Of a stretch of 64,000 bases of DNA, positions 1-13,865 are shown piece by piece. Source of the DNA: Camelus ferus. Taxonomy: Eukaryota. Below the pieces are notes generated by a model. That model worked only from the letters and a program-made list of their open reading frames with translations, was not told the DNA's origin and searched no databases. Location of the stretch: positions 63,738,001 to 63,802,000 of the forward strand of contig NC_045707.1 in NCBI RefSeq assembly GCF_009834535.1. The letters are read 5' to 3'. The number at the start of each line of letters is the position of its first letter. Positions within the stretch are counted from its first letter, which is position 1. Both the position numbers and the translations under genes were made by a program.

Positions 1-120
1 CTACCTAGAATGTTATACCCAACCAAGGACTCAGTCAAGTGTGAGAACAAAAAAATTCATTTTCAGACATGCAAGTTCACAAAAATTGTATCTCTTACCC
101 TATCTCAGGAAGCAAGTGGA
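1..120 (+). mobile_element. Old L1 fragment (ORF1 C-terminal region)
   Basis: cctagaatgttatacccaaccaag...ttttcagacatgcaag resembles the PRILYPAKL...FSDMQ coding segment. Confidence 0.5.
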
Positions 121-229
121 GGCTATGTGACACTGAAACAGGGCAGTTAATTACATGAGAAGAACATGTGGAATCCTGAAGATGGGAAACAAACACGGGT
201 ACAATGCAAAGAAGAATCTTGAGGGCATT

Positions 230-845
230 TCTGTGAAATGGTGCAGCCACTGTGGAAAACAGAATGGCAGTTCCTCAGAAAATTAAGCAGAATTGCCCTA
301 TAATCCAGCAATTTCACTTCTAGATCTGTTTACAGGATAGTTGAAAGCAGAGACGGGTATTTGCATGCCAATATTCATAGCAGCAGTATTCACAATAGCA
401 AAAAGATTGAAACAACCCAAAAATCCATCAGCAGGTGAATGGCTAAACAAAATGTCATACATACATAAAATGAAATATTATTTGGTCTTAAAAAGCAATT
501 AAATCCTGATACATGCTACAAAATGAAACATTATGCTTAGTAAAGTAAGCCAGCCACAAAATGGCAAATGTCGTATGATTCTGCTTATATGGGGTGCCTA
601 TAATAGTCAAATTTATAGAAACGGATGGTAGAATAGTGATCTAGGAGTTGGGGCTGATGAGGGAGAATAGGAGTCATTTAACTGATGAAGAGTTTTAGTT
701 TGGGATAATGAGATGGATGCAGTGATGTTTGCACAAAAGTGTGAAGGTACTTAATGCCACTGAATTGTGCCTTTATAATGGCTGAAATGATAAATTTTAT
801 GTTATGTTTATTTTACCACAATGTTTAAATAATTGAAAAAAATGG
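230..845 (+). mobile_element. L1 (L1MB-like) ORF2 end and 3' UTR
   Basis: aaatggtgcagccactgtggaaaac...ttttatgttatgtttattttaccacaat, typical L1M 3' end. Confidence 0.8.
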
Positions 846-1109
846 AAATATTCAAGATCTAGGGTTAAGCAGAGTTCTTAGACTTGGCGTCAAAATCATG
901 ATCCATAAAGTCCATAAATTGGACTTTACCAAATTTAAACTTTTGCTCTCCAAAAGACTGTGAAAAGAGTGAAAAAACAAGCTACAGATCAGAGTAAAAC
1001 ATTTGCCAACTACAAATCCCAAAGGAGAAATACCTAGAATGTATAAAGAACTCTCAACACTCAACATTAAAGAGACAAATAATCCAATTAGAAAATAGGT
1101 AAAAGAGAT

Positions 1110-1612
1110 TGCACTATTTTTCTATTGCTGTTGTAACAAATGACCACAAACTTCGTTGCTGAAAAACCACATTTTTATTTTCTTACAGTTAGACATCACA
1201 GGTCTGATTGGCCTAAGATCAGAGCATCAGCAGGGCTGAATACAGCCACTTCTGGAGGCTCGTAGAGGAGAATCTATTTCCTTGCCTCTCCATGCCTAGC
1301 GGTCATCCTGCATTCCTTGGCTCGTAGCCCCCCGACTCCATCTTCAAAGCTAGCAATATTCCATCTCTCTGCAATCTCTGCATCTCTGATCTTTCTTCCT
1401 TAGTCACATCTCCCCTTGAAAGCTTCTCCACCTAAGGGGCTCATAAGATTAGATTAAGCCCACTTGGATAATTCTTGACACTCTCCCCATCTCAATGTCC
1501 ATACCTTTAATCACATCAGCAAAGTACCTTTGTTGTGTAAAGTAACATACTCTTCAGCCTTCTAGGGATTATGGCATGATAATTTGGGGAGGCAATTTTT
1601 CTCCCTATCACA
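1110..1612 (-). mobile_element. MLT1-type (ERVL-MaLR) solo LTR
   Basis: TG...CA termini, 5-bp TSD gagat/gacat, MLT1 motifs tgtaacaaatgaccacaaac and ttaatcacatcagcaaagt. Confidence 0.8.
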
Positions 1613-1757
1613 GACATAAACAGACATTTCACTAAAGACAATAATAAAGATGGCAAAATAAGCATCTAAAAGATGTTCAACTTCATTAGTCATTAGGGGA
1701 ATGCAAACGAAAGTCACAAAAAGATATCACTACTTACTTATTAGAATGGCTAAAATA

Positions 1758-1900
1758 GGAGGAAGAGGGTATAGCTTAAGTGGTAGAGCACATGCTTAGC
1801 ATACACAAGGTCCTGGGTTCAATCCCCAGTACCACCTCTAAAAAAAAAAAAAAGTAAACCTAATAAACTCCCCCCTAAAAATAAATAAATAAAATAACAA
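1758..1900 (+). mobile_element. tRNA-Ala-derived SINE (vic-1-like), long-tail form
   Basis: tRNA-like head with A and B boxes, A-rich tail, perfect 16-bp TSD tagaatggctaaaata (1742-1757 and 1901-1916). Confidence 0.9.
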
Positions 1901-2784
1901 TAGAATGGCTAAAATAAAAAAATAGCAGTAACACAAAATCCTTGTAAGGACATGGAGAAACTGGATCACTAATACATTGTTAGTGGGAGTATAAAATGGT
2001 ACAGCCACTCTGGAAAAATATTGTGGCAGTTTCTTATAAAACTAAACATACGCTTACCCTATGACCCATAAATTGTACCCTTGGGCATTTATCCCAGGGG
2101 AATAAAATGTACATACAAAAAACTGTACATTAATATTCATGGAAGCCTTATTTGTAATAGCCAAAGCTGGAAACAACCCAAACGTCCCTTGACAGATGAA
2201 TGATTAAACAAACTGAGCTATACCCATACCATGGGACACTGTGCAGCAATAAAAAGGAATGAACTATTAATACATGCAATAGATCAAGAGAATTGTGCGG
2301 AGTGAAAAAATATCAATCCCAAATGGTTACATGCTACATGGTTCTAGTTATGTAATATTCTTGAAATAGCAAAATTATAGCTATAGAGAACAGATTAGTA
2401 TTCTCAGGGGTTGGGGATTGGGGAAGAAGGGAAAAGAGGTAGGAGTGGCTATAAAGGGCTAGCACAATGACGGAACAGTTCTGTATCTTGATCACAGTGA
2501 TAGTTCTGTGAATCTACACGTGTGATAAAACCTCATACTCTTCTCACTACACTACACACACTTACAAATAAGTGCATGTAAAGCTGGTAAAATCTGAGAA
2601 ATTCTGTGGATTGTTCCAATGTCAGCTTCCTGGTTTTGGCATTGTACTATAGTTATATAAAATATTGTCATTAGAAAAACTGGGTAAAAGGTATGTGGAA
2701 ACTCCCTGTAATTTTTATTTTTTTTGCAAATTTCCAAAGTTTATATGTATGAACATATTTTTAAGTTCAGTAATGTATTTTCAC

Positions 2785-3250
2785 GTGTAGATCAGTTAGG
2801 ATGACTTTGGCTGCAAGTAGCAAACAATCCCAACAAAAATGTATTAAATAAGTGGATTTTGTTTGTCTCCCACAGCAAACATTCAAAAGATAGGGCAGTT
2901 TCTGGGTGGATTAACTCACCACCTCAACATGGTCATCACATACCCAGCCTCTTGCTGTATTTCTGCTCTTCCATTTCCAGAGTGTTGGCTTTTGTCCTAA
3001 AACTGTCCACTCGATCTCAAAATGGCTGCCGCAGCCCCATTAATCACATCCTTCTACAACACCAGGCAAAGACCAGAAGAAAGAAATTTTCGTTCATGGG
3101 CTCCTTTTTTAAGGCTATTGAAAAGATCTCTTTCAAATCATATTGGCCAGAATTGGATCTCATTCTCATTCTTAAATTAGTACAGCTCTGCGAATGTAGG
3201 AGAGCCCCGAAGTATATGGCTCTCAATTCCAGAAAGCAGTTAGGAAAGAA
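2785..3250. mobile_element. Old MLT1 (J/K-like) LTR remnant
   Basis: cagttaggatgactttggctgcaagtagca...aaaatggctgccgcagcccc motifs. Confidence 0.55.
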
Positions 3251-6200
3251 AAAGACATATAGACAGCCTATACGTCTGCAAGACCGTACGTCTGTATAGC
3301 TGGGATTGAAAAAATTTATTTAAACCTTAAAGCAACTGACAAGTAATAGCTCCATGGTTATCCATTATATCTAAGGCCACTGTCACCTCCCTCATGAATG
3401 ATTGAAGTAGCTTCCTTGTCCTCCCTGCTGAAAAATATTGTTCCCTTCTAATCCTTTCCCCCACTATGAAGCACAGTGATCTTAATCTTTACTTTTCCTT
3501 TTCTAAATCACAATGTCATTAACTGCATAAATCATTCACTAATTTTTTATCTACATTGATGAGATGAAATTCAGGCTCCTTCCTTGGCTTAACTCTTCAG
3601 CCAGTTTTCCACCATTCCCTGCAGAACTTTGTAATCTAGTGACCCCAGACTCTTTATGGTTCTCTGAACCCCACACTGTTTGCTCGTTCATTGACGAGGT
3701 CCCATCAGCCTGGCATACTCTGCTTTCTACACCCAAACATGCACGTTTCAACTAGGACATGGCTCCTCAGCCTTTAAGAATCAACCAGGATATGAGTCTT
3801 TCTCCTGGAAGGCTTCTCCACTGTTCTTCATCAGAGGAGTAATAGACAAAAGAGTTTCTACTAATAGAATTGTAGCAGTGAGCTAGAGAAGCAATAAAGA
3901 GCTATTGAAAAACTAAGAAACAAAAACTTCAAACCCGAGGCATGGTTATATACAAGGAGTTTTTGAGTGTCAGTCATTTCTATCTCAGTGACAGCCTGTA
4001 CATACCATATATATTTTTTTTTCGGATTCTATGATGCTTTGGAAATGAAAGACCTGTTAGGCAAATAATAAAAAATAGCTTCTCAAACTGCTGATTATTC
4101 ATAAAATGTTTCCATTTATTTTGGAATCATAACATAGCTAACTATTGAGAAATGGAGTTATTGTTGAAGCCTGAGGAGGTATTTTTGTTTTCTCCTATCC
4201 AGGCACATATTACCCAGTATCAAATGTTTTCCTTCTCAGCTTCATTGCTTACCCGCTCACATTTTTCTCTCCTTTAATGTGTCATGAAGCTTTATGTTGT
4301 TAAGTGCTTTTTTAAAAACTATTTATAAAATGAAGAGAGAAAACAGGAACTTTATAAGCTATTTGAGGAGAAAAAGGACTATCAATGTAATAATCATTTA
4401 AATTATATTGATACGAATCTACAGCATTTCTCATTCATACTCTGATAAAGCTAATGGGAAACAAAACTAGCAAATTCAAGTATTTGCATAAATTGAACCC
4501 TTGAAAATAACAGTCTACTACTCCGTCCAAAGTCTGAGGGAGTATATTTCTCTACAAAAGCTGTTAAAGCATCATATGCAAATGTTCCCTACACACAGCA
4601 TATGCATCTGTAATTAGTATCCTTTCCCTTACTTCATCCCTCCAACCTTGAGTCAGTACTAAACATTAAAAAAAGACATATAGGAAATAAAACCAAAACA
4701 ACAACAATAAAAAAACTAAAAAGAAAAATAAAAAAGAAAAATTTTTTAAAAAGAAAGAAAAGGCAAACAGTATACATGGTATCTGATTCAATTAGCTGAT
4801 AGATTCAGGAATCATGCCTTCTAATCCTGTACGTGGGATTTAAGATTGCTTTGGAGCCAACTGCCTAAGTGATCTATTTGATTTCCCTACCTGTTAAAGG
4901 CATAAAGGATAAAAAAGAAAAGACAAAAAGCTCTAAGGAGCTACAGTGTAGAGTCTAAACCAAATACTAAACTCCTAGGACTGTAAGAAGAATTCCACTT
5001 TCTACTTAAAGCAAATCAGTTTTTCTCCGTCATTGTTAGAAAGTTCATGTATTATACTGAAACTGGATTCCCTGTTGGCAGTGATGGTGGTAAAGAGAAT
5101 GGTATCTGGAGACAATCTGGGGTAAATCCTTACCAGCAGTATGACTCAGGGCAAGTGATTCAATCTTATGAAATTTTCCCCCTCGGTCCTGTCAGTAGCT
5201 TAATCCTCTAATGTAATGGTATATAAGCTTTTGAACTTGTGTTCCTATGAGTCAGAAGCTTTGCAGTGTAACTAGGTCAGAACCACCAGACGCCACTCAA
5301 ATCTGTGGGAAGTCCAAACTAGGAGGAATTGTTGGAGGCCAAGCATGGACCAACTCCAGTGCGTGAAGCTTCTGGGGGCTGCAGCCATGGAGAGGGGCTC
5401 CCATCTTCCTGTTGACTCTTCCTCTAACAATCCCACCAGGCTCCCACAGGGTTGGAGGAGGACAGGGAGAGCCCAGGGAAAGCCCCCCCTCCCCCATGAC
5501 ACTGGCTCTATATTACTTTCAAAATCATCAAATGATCAGAATATTTTAAAGACATTATGCTGGTGATTCTGTCTGTATCTCCTTTTATGAGGAGAATTGA
5601 GAAATTCAGGCCCCCCAACACTCACTCCCTTTATTCTATATGAAAAAATCTGAATATTTTACTTGAAGAGTAGGATATCATAGTAAATATTTCCAAATAG
5701 TTGACTTAGTTCTCCAGATATTCACTAATCTTACATTTTCTCAGTGCCCACTATGTCGATAAACTGCCAGGAACTATGGGAATCAAGAATACCTGAGAGA
5801 AGCCTTGAAGAGGACCGTTCACGAATGGACTCAGAAGAAGTGCTACCACTTAAATGTTGTGTAACCTTTGACAAATCAGCCAATCTCTAAATGAGAGGTT
5901 TCAGTAAAATACAGGCTGAGTTAGATGATTTCCCTATCCTTGTGGTAGATTGCAAAACTAGCCACACTTATCTATCTCTTCCTGTAGGCACGCCTCTTTG
6001 CAAGGTGTCTTTACAGCTCCTTGAATCAAGAGATAGAATATATTTCCTTCCCCCTGGAATCTGTATCCTTGTAACTTGCTCTGGCAAGGAACAAAGAGCA
6101 CTAGAAATTTATCAAAGAAAGAGGAAGTCTATTCTTTTGAGCTCCCCCAAATATCACCAGACCTGTTACTAAAGCAAAGCAGAAGTTACTTCAGTAAGGG

Positions 6201-6614
6201 AGACCACTACGTGACAGAATCTTAGCAGTGTGTCAGAAGGGGGAAGTCAGAAATGGAGTATTTATAGGACTTTGGATTCTGAGTCCAAGTGGTTTAAGAT
6301 GAGTCTTTCAAGCAAGAAGCTGATTGATCTCAAATTGTAATATAATTGTTCAAAATTTACTGGACAAAGAGAGGATCTTGACATTGTCACTTTTCATAAG
6401 TGTAAACTGTTGTAAATACCTGCAAGCTAATTGCAGAAGTGAGCAGTCTACTGGCTCAGATAAATTGATCTGTGGAAATTTTCTAAAGAAGTGAAATTAT
6501 TTATTGTTTACATCAGTATCCATTCTAGGCAAAATTTCCTCAAATAGCTAAGTCAATTTGACATAGGTGGTCTATAGTCTCATCTAAGTCATATTGTCTG
6601 ATTCTCAACTCTTA

Positions 6615-7105
6615 ATCCATTTCAACTTTATGGGCATAAAATTATTGATAATATTTTATTGTTCTCTTTTACATTTCTAATGTAACTATAGTTGTGTTTT
6701 CTTTCTCATTCACTATATTACTTAAGTGTGCTTTCTTTTTTCCTTGAAAAATTTTCCAAAAGTTTTCTATTTCAAGATTTTCATAGAACCAATTTCTGAA
6801 CTTATTTTTTTCTCTTTGTTGTATCTTAGTTTTCTCTTCCATTGAATTCTTATTTTTATTATCTCTTTCCTTCCACTTTCATTGGGATTTATTCTGTTGT
6901 TGCTTTTCTAATTTCTTAAGTTAAACCTTTACCTTACTATTCTGCCCTTTTTTCCTTTCTAATAAAACCTTAGATCTATAAATTCCCAAAAGAACCACGC
7001 CTGCTGCATTCCACAAGTTTTGGTATATGGTATTTTCACTTATCATTCAATTCTAAGTTTTTTAGTTTACAATATGATTTCTTCTTTGACCCATAAATAT
7101 TTTGT
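6615..7105 (-). mobile_element. Old L1 ORF2 internal fragment
   Basis: T-rich antisense L1 motifs (gctgcattccacaagttttggtatatggtattttca; atttcttctttgaccca). Confidence 0.65.
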
Positions 7106-7130
7106 TTTTAATATTTTTGTGCTGTTGCAT

Positions 7131-9150
7131 ATTTTATTTTTATTTTTACTTACATTGTGTAAGTTTAAGATGTACAACATGTTGATTTGATACATACATA
7201 TTGCAAAATGATTACCATGGTAGCATTAGTTAATACCTCCATCACCTTACAAATTGCCATTTCTTTTTTGTGGTGAGCACATCTAAAATCTACTTTCTTA
7301 GCAACTCTCAATTATATAAAGGTGTATTTTTTAACTATAGTCACCACACTGCATGTTAGAGCCCCAGAATTTATTCATCTTATAGCTGGAAGTTTGTACC
7401 CTTTGACCAAAATCTTCCCATTTCCTCCAACATCCAGCCCCTAGCAACAACCATTCTAGTCTCTGTTCCTAAGAGTTCCTGTCTAATTTAGATTTCACAT
7501 ATAAGTGATATTATATAGTATTTATCTTCCTCTGTCTGGCTTATTTCACTTAGCATAATGTCGTCAAGGTCCATATTGTCACAAATGGCAGTATTTCTTT
7601 CTCATGGAGATATATATATATCCCCACATTTTCTTTATCCATGAATCCCTAGAGGGACACTTAGGTTGTTTCCACATCTTAGCTATTGTGCAATGCTGCA
7701 CTGACCATGAGAGTGCAGATACTTCTTCAAGATACCAATTTCATTTCCTTTTGATTATACCCAGAAGTGGGACTGCTGGGTCAAATGGAGTTTATTTTTA
7801 ATTTCTTGAGGAACCCCCATACTGTTTTCCATAGTAGCTGTACCAATTTACATTCCAACAACAGTGCACAAGGTTTCACTTTTCTCTATATCTTCACCAA
7901 CACTTGCTACCTCTTGTCATGTTGACGACGGCCATTCTAACAGGTGTGAGGTAATCTCTCATTGTGGTTTTGATTTGTATGTTCCTGATGATGATCAGTG
8001 ATGTTGAGCGCTTTTTGATCAATGATGTTGTACATCTTCTCATGTATTTGTTGGTTATCTGTATGTTTTCTTTGGAAAATGTCTATTCAATTCCTCAGCC
8101 CATTTTTTACTCAGATTGGATTTTTTTTTCTATAGAGTTGCATGAGTTCCTTATATATTTTAGATATTAACCTCTTATGAGTCATGTAAATGGGTTGGGA
8201 ATTTTGTTGATTGTTTCTTTTGCTGTGCGGATATTTCCTAGTTCGATGATGTCCCACTTGTTTATTTTTGCTTTTGTTCCTTGTGCTCTTGGAGCCCTAT
8301 CCAAAAAATCAAGACCAATATTAAGGAGACTTTCCCCTGTGTTTTCTTCTAGGAATTTTGCAGATTCAGGCCTTACATTTATGTATTTAATCCATTTCAA
8401 GTTAATTTTTGTGAGTGGTTTAAGATAGGCATTCAGTTTCATTCTTTTGCATATGATTATCCAGTTTTCCCAACTCCATTAATTAAATGAATTATCCTTT
8501 TCCCATTGAGCATTCTTGGCTCCCTTGTCAAACATGAGTTGACCATATATGTGTGGGTTTATTTCTGGGCTCTATGATTCAATTCCATCCATCTATGTGT
8601 CAGTTTTTATTCCAGTACCACACCATTTTGGTTTCTATAGCTTTTTTTTTTTTTTAATGGAGGTACTGGGGATAGAACCCAGGACATTGTGCATCCTGTG
8701 CTTGCTAAACATGTGCCCTACCACAGAGCTATTACTTGCTTCCCCCTGCCCCACCACAGCTTTGTATTATAGTTTGAAATTAGGAACTGTGGTGCTTCCA
8801 GCTTTGTTTTTTCTCAGAATTGTTTTGGCTATTTGGGGTCTTTTGCAGTTCTGTAAAAATTTTAGGATTGTTTTTTCTATTTCTGTGAATAATGCCATTG
8901 GGATTTTGATAGGGATTGTGTTGAATTTATAGGTGGCTTTGGGCAGTATGGACATTTTAACAATATTAAGTATTTCAATTCATGTAGATGACATATTTTT
9001 CCATTTGTGTCTTCTTTAATTTCTTTCATCAGTGTTTTGTAGTTTTCAGTATGCAAGTCTTTTACCTCCTTAGTTTAGTTTATTCCTAGATATTTTGTTC
9101 ATTTTGATGCTATTGTAGATGAGATTGTTTCCTAATTACTTTTTTAGATA
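7131..9150 (-). mobile_element. L1 (L1MA9-like) ORF2 3' part and 3' UTR
   Basis: Minus-strand peptides [28 protein letters not shown] and KAKINKWDIIEL are L1 ORF2-like; tail near 7131. Confidence 0.9.
8642..8755 (-). mobile_element. tRNA-Ala-derived SINE, short-tail form, inserted in L1
   Basis: T-tract followed by aatggaggtactggggatagaacccagg...gagcta; degenerate TSD (agcttt). Confidence 0.85.
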
Positions 9151-9231
9151 GTTTTTTAATTAAAAAATTTTTTAAATGTTTTGAGGGGGAGGTAATTAGG
9201 TTTATATATATATCTAAATTTTTTTTAATGG

Positions 9232-10843
9232 AATCCATCTATAGATTCAATGCAATCCTCATCAAAATTCCAGTGGCATTTTTTTTTTACAGAAATAGAA
9301 AAAAATTCTAAAATTCATATGGAACCACAAAAGATCTCAAATGGCCAAATCAATATTGAGAAAGAACGAAGCTGGAGGCTTCACATTTTCTGATTTCAAA
9401 ATATATTACAAAACTACAGTAATCAAAACAGTATGGTACTGGCATAAAACTAGACATATAGGCAAATGGAACCGAATAGAGAGCTCAGAAATAAATTGCA
9501 TATAAGGTAAACTCATCTTCAACAAAGTCTCAATAATATGCAATGGGGAAAACATAGTTTCTTAAACAAATGGTGATAGGAAAACTGGATAGCCACATGC
9601 AAAAGAATGAAACTGGAGTCTTATTTTACACCATATACAAAAATCAACTCAAAATAGATTAAAGACTTTTGACATAAACCTGAAACTGTAAAATTTTTAG
9701 AAGACATACGGGAAGAGCTTCATAACATTGATCTTGGCAATGCTTTCACGGATGCCATCAAAAGCACAGGCAAGAAAAGCAAAAATAAACAAGTGGAACT
9801 ACATCAAACTAAAAAGCTTCTGAACATTAAAAAAAAATTTTTAATTAAAAAAATAGCTTCTGAATAGCAATGCAAACAACAGAGTGAAAAGGCAACCCGT
9901 GCAATGGGAGAAAATATTTGTAAGTCATATATCTGGAAAGAGGTTAATCTCCAAAATATATAAGTACTAGAACTCAATAGTTTAAAAAAAAACCAAAATA
10001 TACTAACTTGATTCAAAAATGGACTGAGGACTTGAATAGATATTTCTCCGAAGAAGACATACAAAAGGCCAATAGGTACATGCTTCAGGGAAATGCAAAT
10101 CAAAATCACAGTGAGATATCACCTCACACCTGTCAGGATGACTATTATCAAAACAAAAACAAAAAAAACAAAAGTTGGCAAGGATATGGAGAAACTGGAA
10201 CTGTTACACACTGTTGGTGGGAATGCAAAATGGTGTAGCCGCCGTGGGAAACTGCATGGAGAGTCCACAGAAAATTCAAAATAGAACCATCATATGACCC
10301 AGCCATCCAGCTACTGGGTATTTGTCCAAAGAATTTCAGTCTGGATCTTGAATAGACACTGACATTTCTATATTCATTGCAGCACTATTCACAATAGTCA
10401 AGATATGGAAACAAGCTAAATGTCCATCAGTAGATAAGTTGATAAAGAAAAAAATGTGGCATATACATGCAGTGAATACTTTTCAACCTTAAAAAAGAAG
10501 GAAATCTGAAATATGTGACAACATGGACAAATCTTGAGAACATTATGCCAAGTGAAATAAGCCAGTCACAGAGAAACAAAAAACTGTATAATAATACTTA
10601 TATGAGTATCTAAAATATTCAAATTCATAGAATCAAAGAGTGGAATGGGGGTTGCCATGGACTGGAGGGAGGAGTAAATGGGGAATTATTAATCAGTGGG
10701 CAAAAAGTTTCAGTCAAGCAGGGTAAGTTCTAGAGATCTGGCTGTACAATATTGTATTTACAGTCAACAATAATGCATGCTTAAAGTTTTGTCAAGAGGG
10801 TAGATCTTGTGTTAAGTGTTGTTACCATTAAAAAAAAAAAAAG
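9232..10843 (+). mobile_element. L1 (L1MA10/L1MB-like) ORF2 3' part, 3' UTR and poly(A)
   Basis: atctatagattcaatgcaatc...; peptide MQIKITVRYHLTPVRM; ends gttaccattaaaaaaaaaaaaa. Confidence 0.9.
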
Positions 10844-13004
10844 TAAAACAGAAGATGTGCATCCTCTGCAACCCAGAAATCCCACTTCTAAGTATATTCC
10901 CTAGTGAATCCTCTATGTGTACAAGGAGTCATGTACAAGTATGTTCACTGCAGCATTATTTGTAGTAGTAAAAACTTATAAACAATCTGAATGATCCCCA
11001 GGGAGAGAAGGTCTGTGGAATGCTATACGGCAATTCAAATGAATAAACTATAGAGCAATTTGCATCAGTATGAGTAGATTTCAAAAATAATGTTAATTTA
11101 AAAAATATTTTTGTAATGTTTCATTTTAAAATGTTTTCCAAAAATCCATGGCTCATTTATTTTTATGCATGGCTAGAAAATTGAAGTCATTTTTGTCTTT
11201 TTCATCCTTAAATGAATCCTCTTTACTTCTTACCATCTCCTTCTCTTTTCATTTGTTAAGAAATAATTTTCTTGATGTTATAATGGGAAGAACAATCCAT
11301 GTTTCCTGCCTTGTTACGAGATTGTATTTCCATTCACAAATTCGTCATGGTATATTAAAACACAAATGAGGTAGCTATAATCAATGGCAGTGGAACTCTA
11401 AAATATAATTACGGTGCTTCACGATTTGACTGGAAATGACAGATTGTAATTTGGATTACAGTGTATTACAATTAATGCTAAATTGCCAATAGCGAATACA
11501 TTTAACCCCCCCCCCTTCACACTTGTAATCAGTCAAGCATGAGATAAAGCATATCAGGGAACACAACTCATTACGAAATAAAAATTGCAGGCACTTGGGG
11601 AGGAAATAATGCAATATCCATTTCTGTTAAAGTCAGCTTTCATTTACTGCTTTTGTTGTGGAATTTAAAAGGCAATTCTCGTGTTAAACCATTTAATCAA
11701 ATTCACTCACGAGAACCAGTTAATCTGAAGGGAAAAAAACTCTCAATATAGCTTATGAAAATAGTTTACTCTTTACAAAGGACTGGATTGTATACAACTT
11801 AGCCTTCTTGACATGCAGTTTTCCTGTCATTGACATGTATCTGCATAAAGAGAATAATAACAAAAACAAGGTAGTTGCGACAAAAATTACGTAACCTTTG
11901 ATTAACCATACTCATCTGCCAGGAAGTCCAATCTGGTTAATTTGTTAACATGCCTCAGGTAGTGCCAGGAGCATATATCTACCCTGAGTCTATTTGGAAT
12001 CACAGAATGTTGGAAATTTCCCTTAGGAATAATAACACTACACCATGAAACTCATATACTCCCTTTTCAAGATGCTAAGTTTCACTTTATGAATTTGAAA
12101 TTGTATTCCAAGACCAAATTTTCCTCTGTATTGAAATTGTGCCTGTTATAAAGGTTATTGTCTACATGCAATTATCCAGAAGTGCTCAATATGCAAGCTC
12201 GAAACAAGGATTAAGTTAGCTCTTTGTCGTGAAAAATGAACAAGTTACCATTTAATAAGAAGAATTAATCTACAGTAAGTACCACAATCTCCTAATAGAA
12301 TTCATGCTCCTCTTTCTAATGCACTCTCTGAGAGTAATTTAAAGGTTGAAAGAACCGGTTGATAATTAACCTTTCAGAAAGCTTCAAGGAAGAAGTTTTT
12401 TTTTAATTTTTCAGTTGCTATTAGAGTCCCACAAAATAACCATTAAGTACTTGGTCTTGCTTTTATGTCCTCTCAAGTGTCTGGATCCAATTACTGGTCA
12501 TAACTGCAAAAAAACAGTGACAGGCACAGTCTGTGGTCCAGTATTACTAAAGAGGACATTAAGCAACCATTGGGGACATTTTGCCTCCCTCAAGAGGTTT
12601 TCTTCTCTCCTTGTAGCCTTGTCCATTTCTCAAGGATTACCTGTTCATGGATAGATGGGCAGACAGTCTACTGGTTCTGTTTCTCTGGAGACCGCTGACT
12701 AACATAGATTCTTTAAGGAAGTTAAATCTCCATTGTTTACAAAAATCCTAGTTTCAGGTCATTGGAGCTCTAGGATTGCAGAATTTAAAAACCACTTTCT
12801 CAGACCCTGGAGTACCATTCAGAAGCATTTACCAAAAATACTGGTACCATAGTGACTCCCATGTACTCACTATACTCACATCTATCTATGGGTCAGTCTC
12901 TGAGCTAATAGGAATAATAAAGAGATAAAAACAACAGCTCCAGTATTCAAAGTAGCTCCTGGTCTAACGTAGAAGACAAGAAAAGGGATCATCACAATTC
13001 AGGG

Positions 13005-13135
13005 TTCATTCATTCAACACATGTTTAGTGAACAGCTCTGATGGTCTGGCATTATTCTAGGTGCTGGGTATGCAGCAGTAAGCAAAGCAGACAAAATAAA
13101 TGCCTATCCTCCCTGATTTTACATTCTCAACAGAT
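13005..13135 (-). mobile_element. L2 3' end
   Basis: ttcattcattcaacacatgtttagtga...ttctaggtgctggg. Confidence 0.7.
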
Positions 13136-13629
13136 AAAAACAAAATAAGTAAAGATTGTACTATGCTAGAGGGAATAAGAAGCACTGAAGTTATCATTTT
13201 CAGGTGGATGGGAGGTCATAGGGTAACAATGGCAAAACACAACAGCGGCATCTTGAAAATAGTTGTATTTGATCTTGGTAAAAGCAATTTTGTGGAGTGA
13301 TTGATGGGATCAGCGGGGAGATTGCAGTAGGTTAAGGAATGAAGGGAAAATAGGAGAACATAGAGGTAACCAGTGTGGACCGTCAAATTTGATTATAAAA
13401 CAATAAAGAAGAGATGCTCACAATTAAGAACAGATTTTGTTTTAAGTGGGAGGTTCTTGATCATGTTTATACTTCAGGGAGAAGGGCCAGTGGAAAGAAT
13501 GTTGTTCAGGATGTTGTGGGAAAGATTGAAGTCATCTATGAAAAGCCACCAGGTGGGAGGAGGTGGGATACAGTTGGTGGGGAAGTGTTAGCCTCAGGTG
13601 ACGTGACACAAGCCAGGTCTTCTGCTAAT

Positions 13630-13865
13630 AATAATACTACATAATTGCTAATATTTATCACATACTTAAACATGTCAGGATGTTCTAAGCACTTACATGT
13701 AATAACTTATTTAATATTCTCATCAGCCTTATGAGGTACACAATATTGTTATCTTTATTTTATAAATGAGGAAGCTGGGGTACAGAAAGTTAAGTAAACT
13801 GACCAAATTACACAGGGAAATGCAAAGTGAAATTTCAAATCTAGGCATCTGGCCTCTGTCCCTAT
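13630..13865 (-). mobile_element. MIR SINE
   Basis: Antisense MIR core: ttttataaatgaggaagctggggtacagaaagttaagtaa. Confidence 0.75.

Larger units (their letters stand above)
850..2745 (+). mobile_element. L1 (L1MC-like) 3' portion, interrupted by a MaLR LTR and a SINE
   Basis: L1 ORF2 3' motifs continue across both insertions (aaaagagat / gacataaacagacatttc). Confidence 0.8.

Noticed and set aside
2859..3299. 146-aa ORF
   Set aside because: Non-ATG start, lies in an LTR remnant, no recognisable domain.
7131..10843. Single L1 with a twin-priming 5' inversion
   Set aside because: Both arms cover the same ORF2 segment and each has its own, different 3' UTR, so they are two independent insertions.
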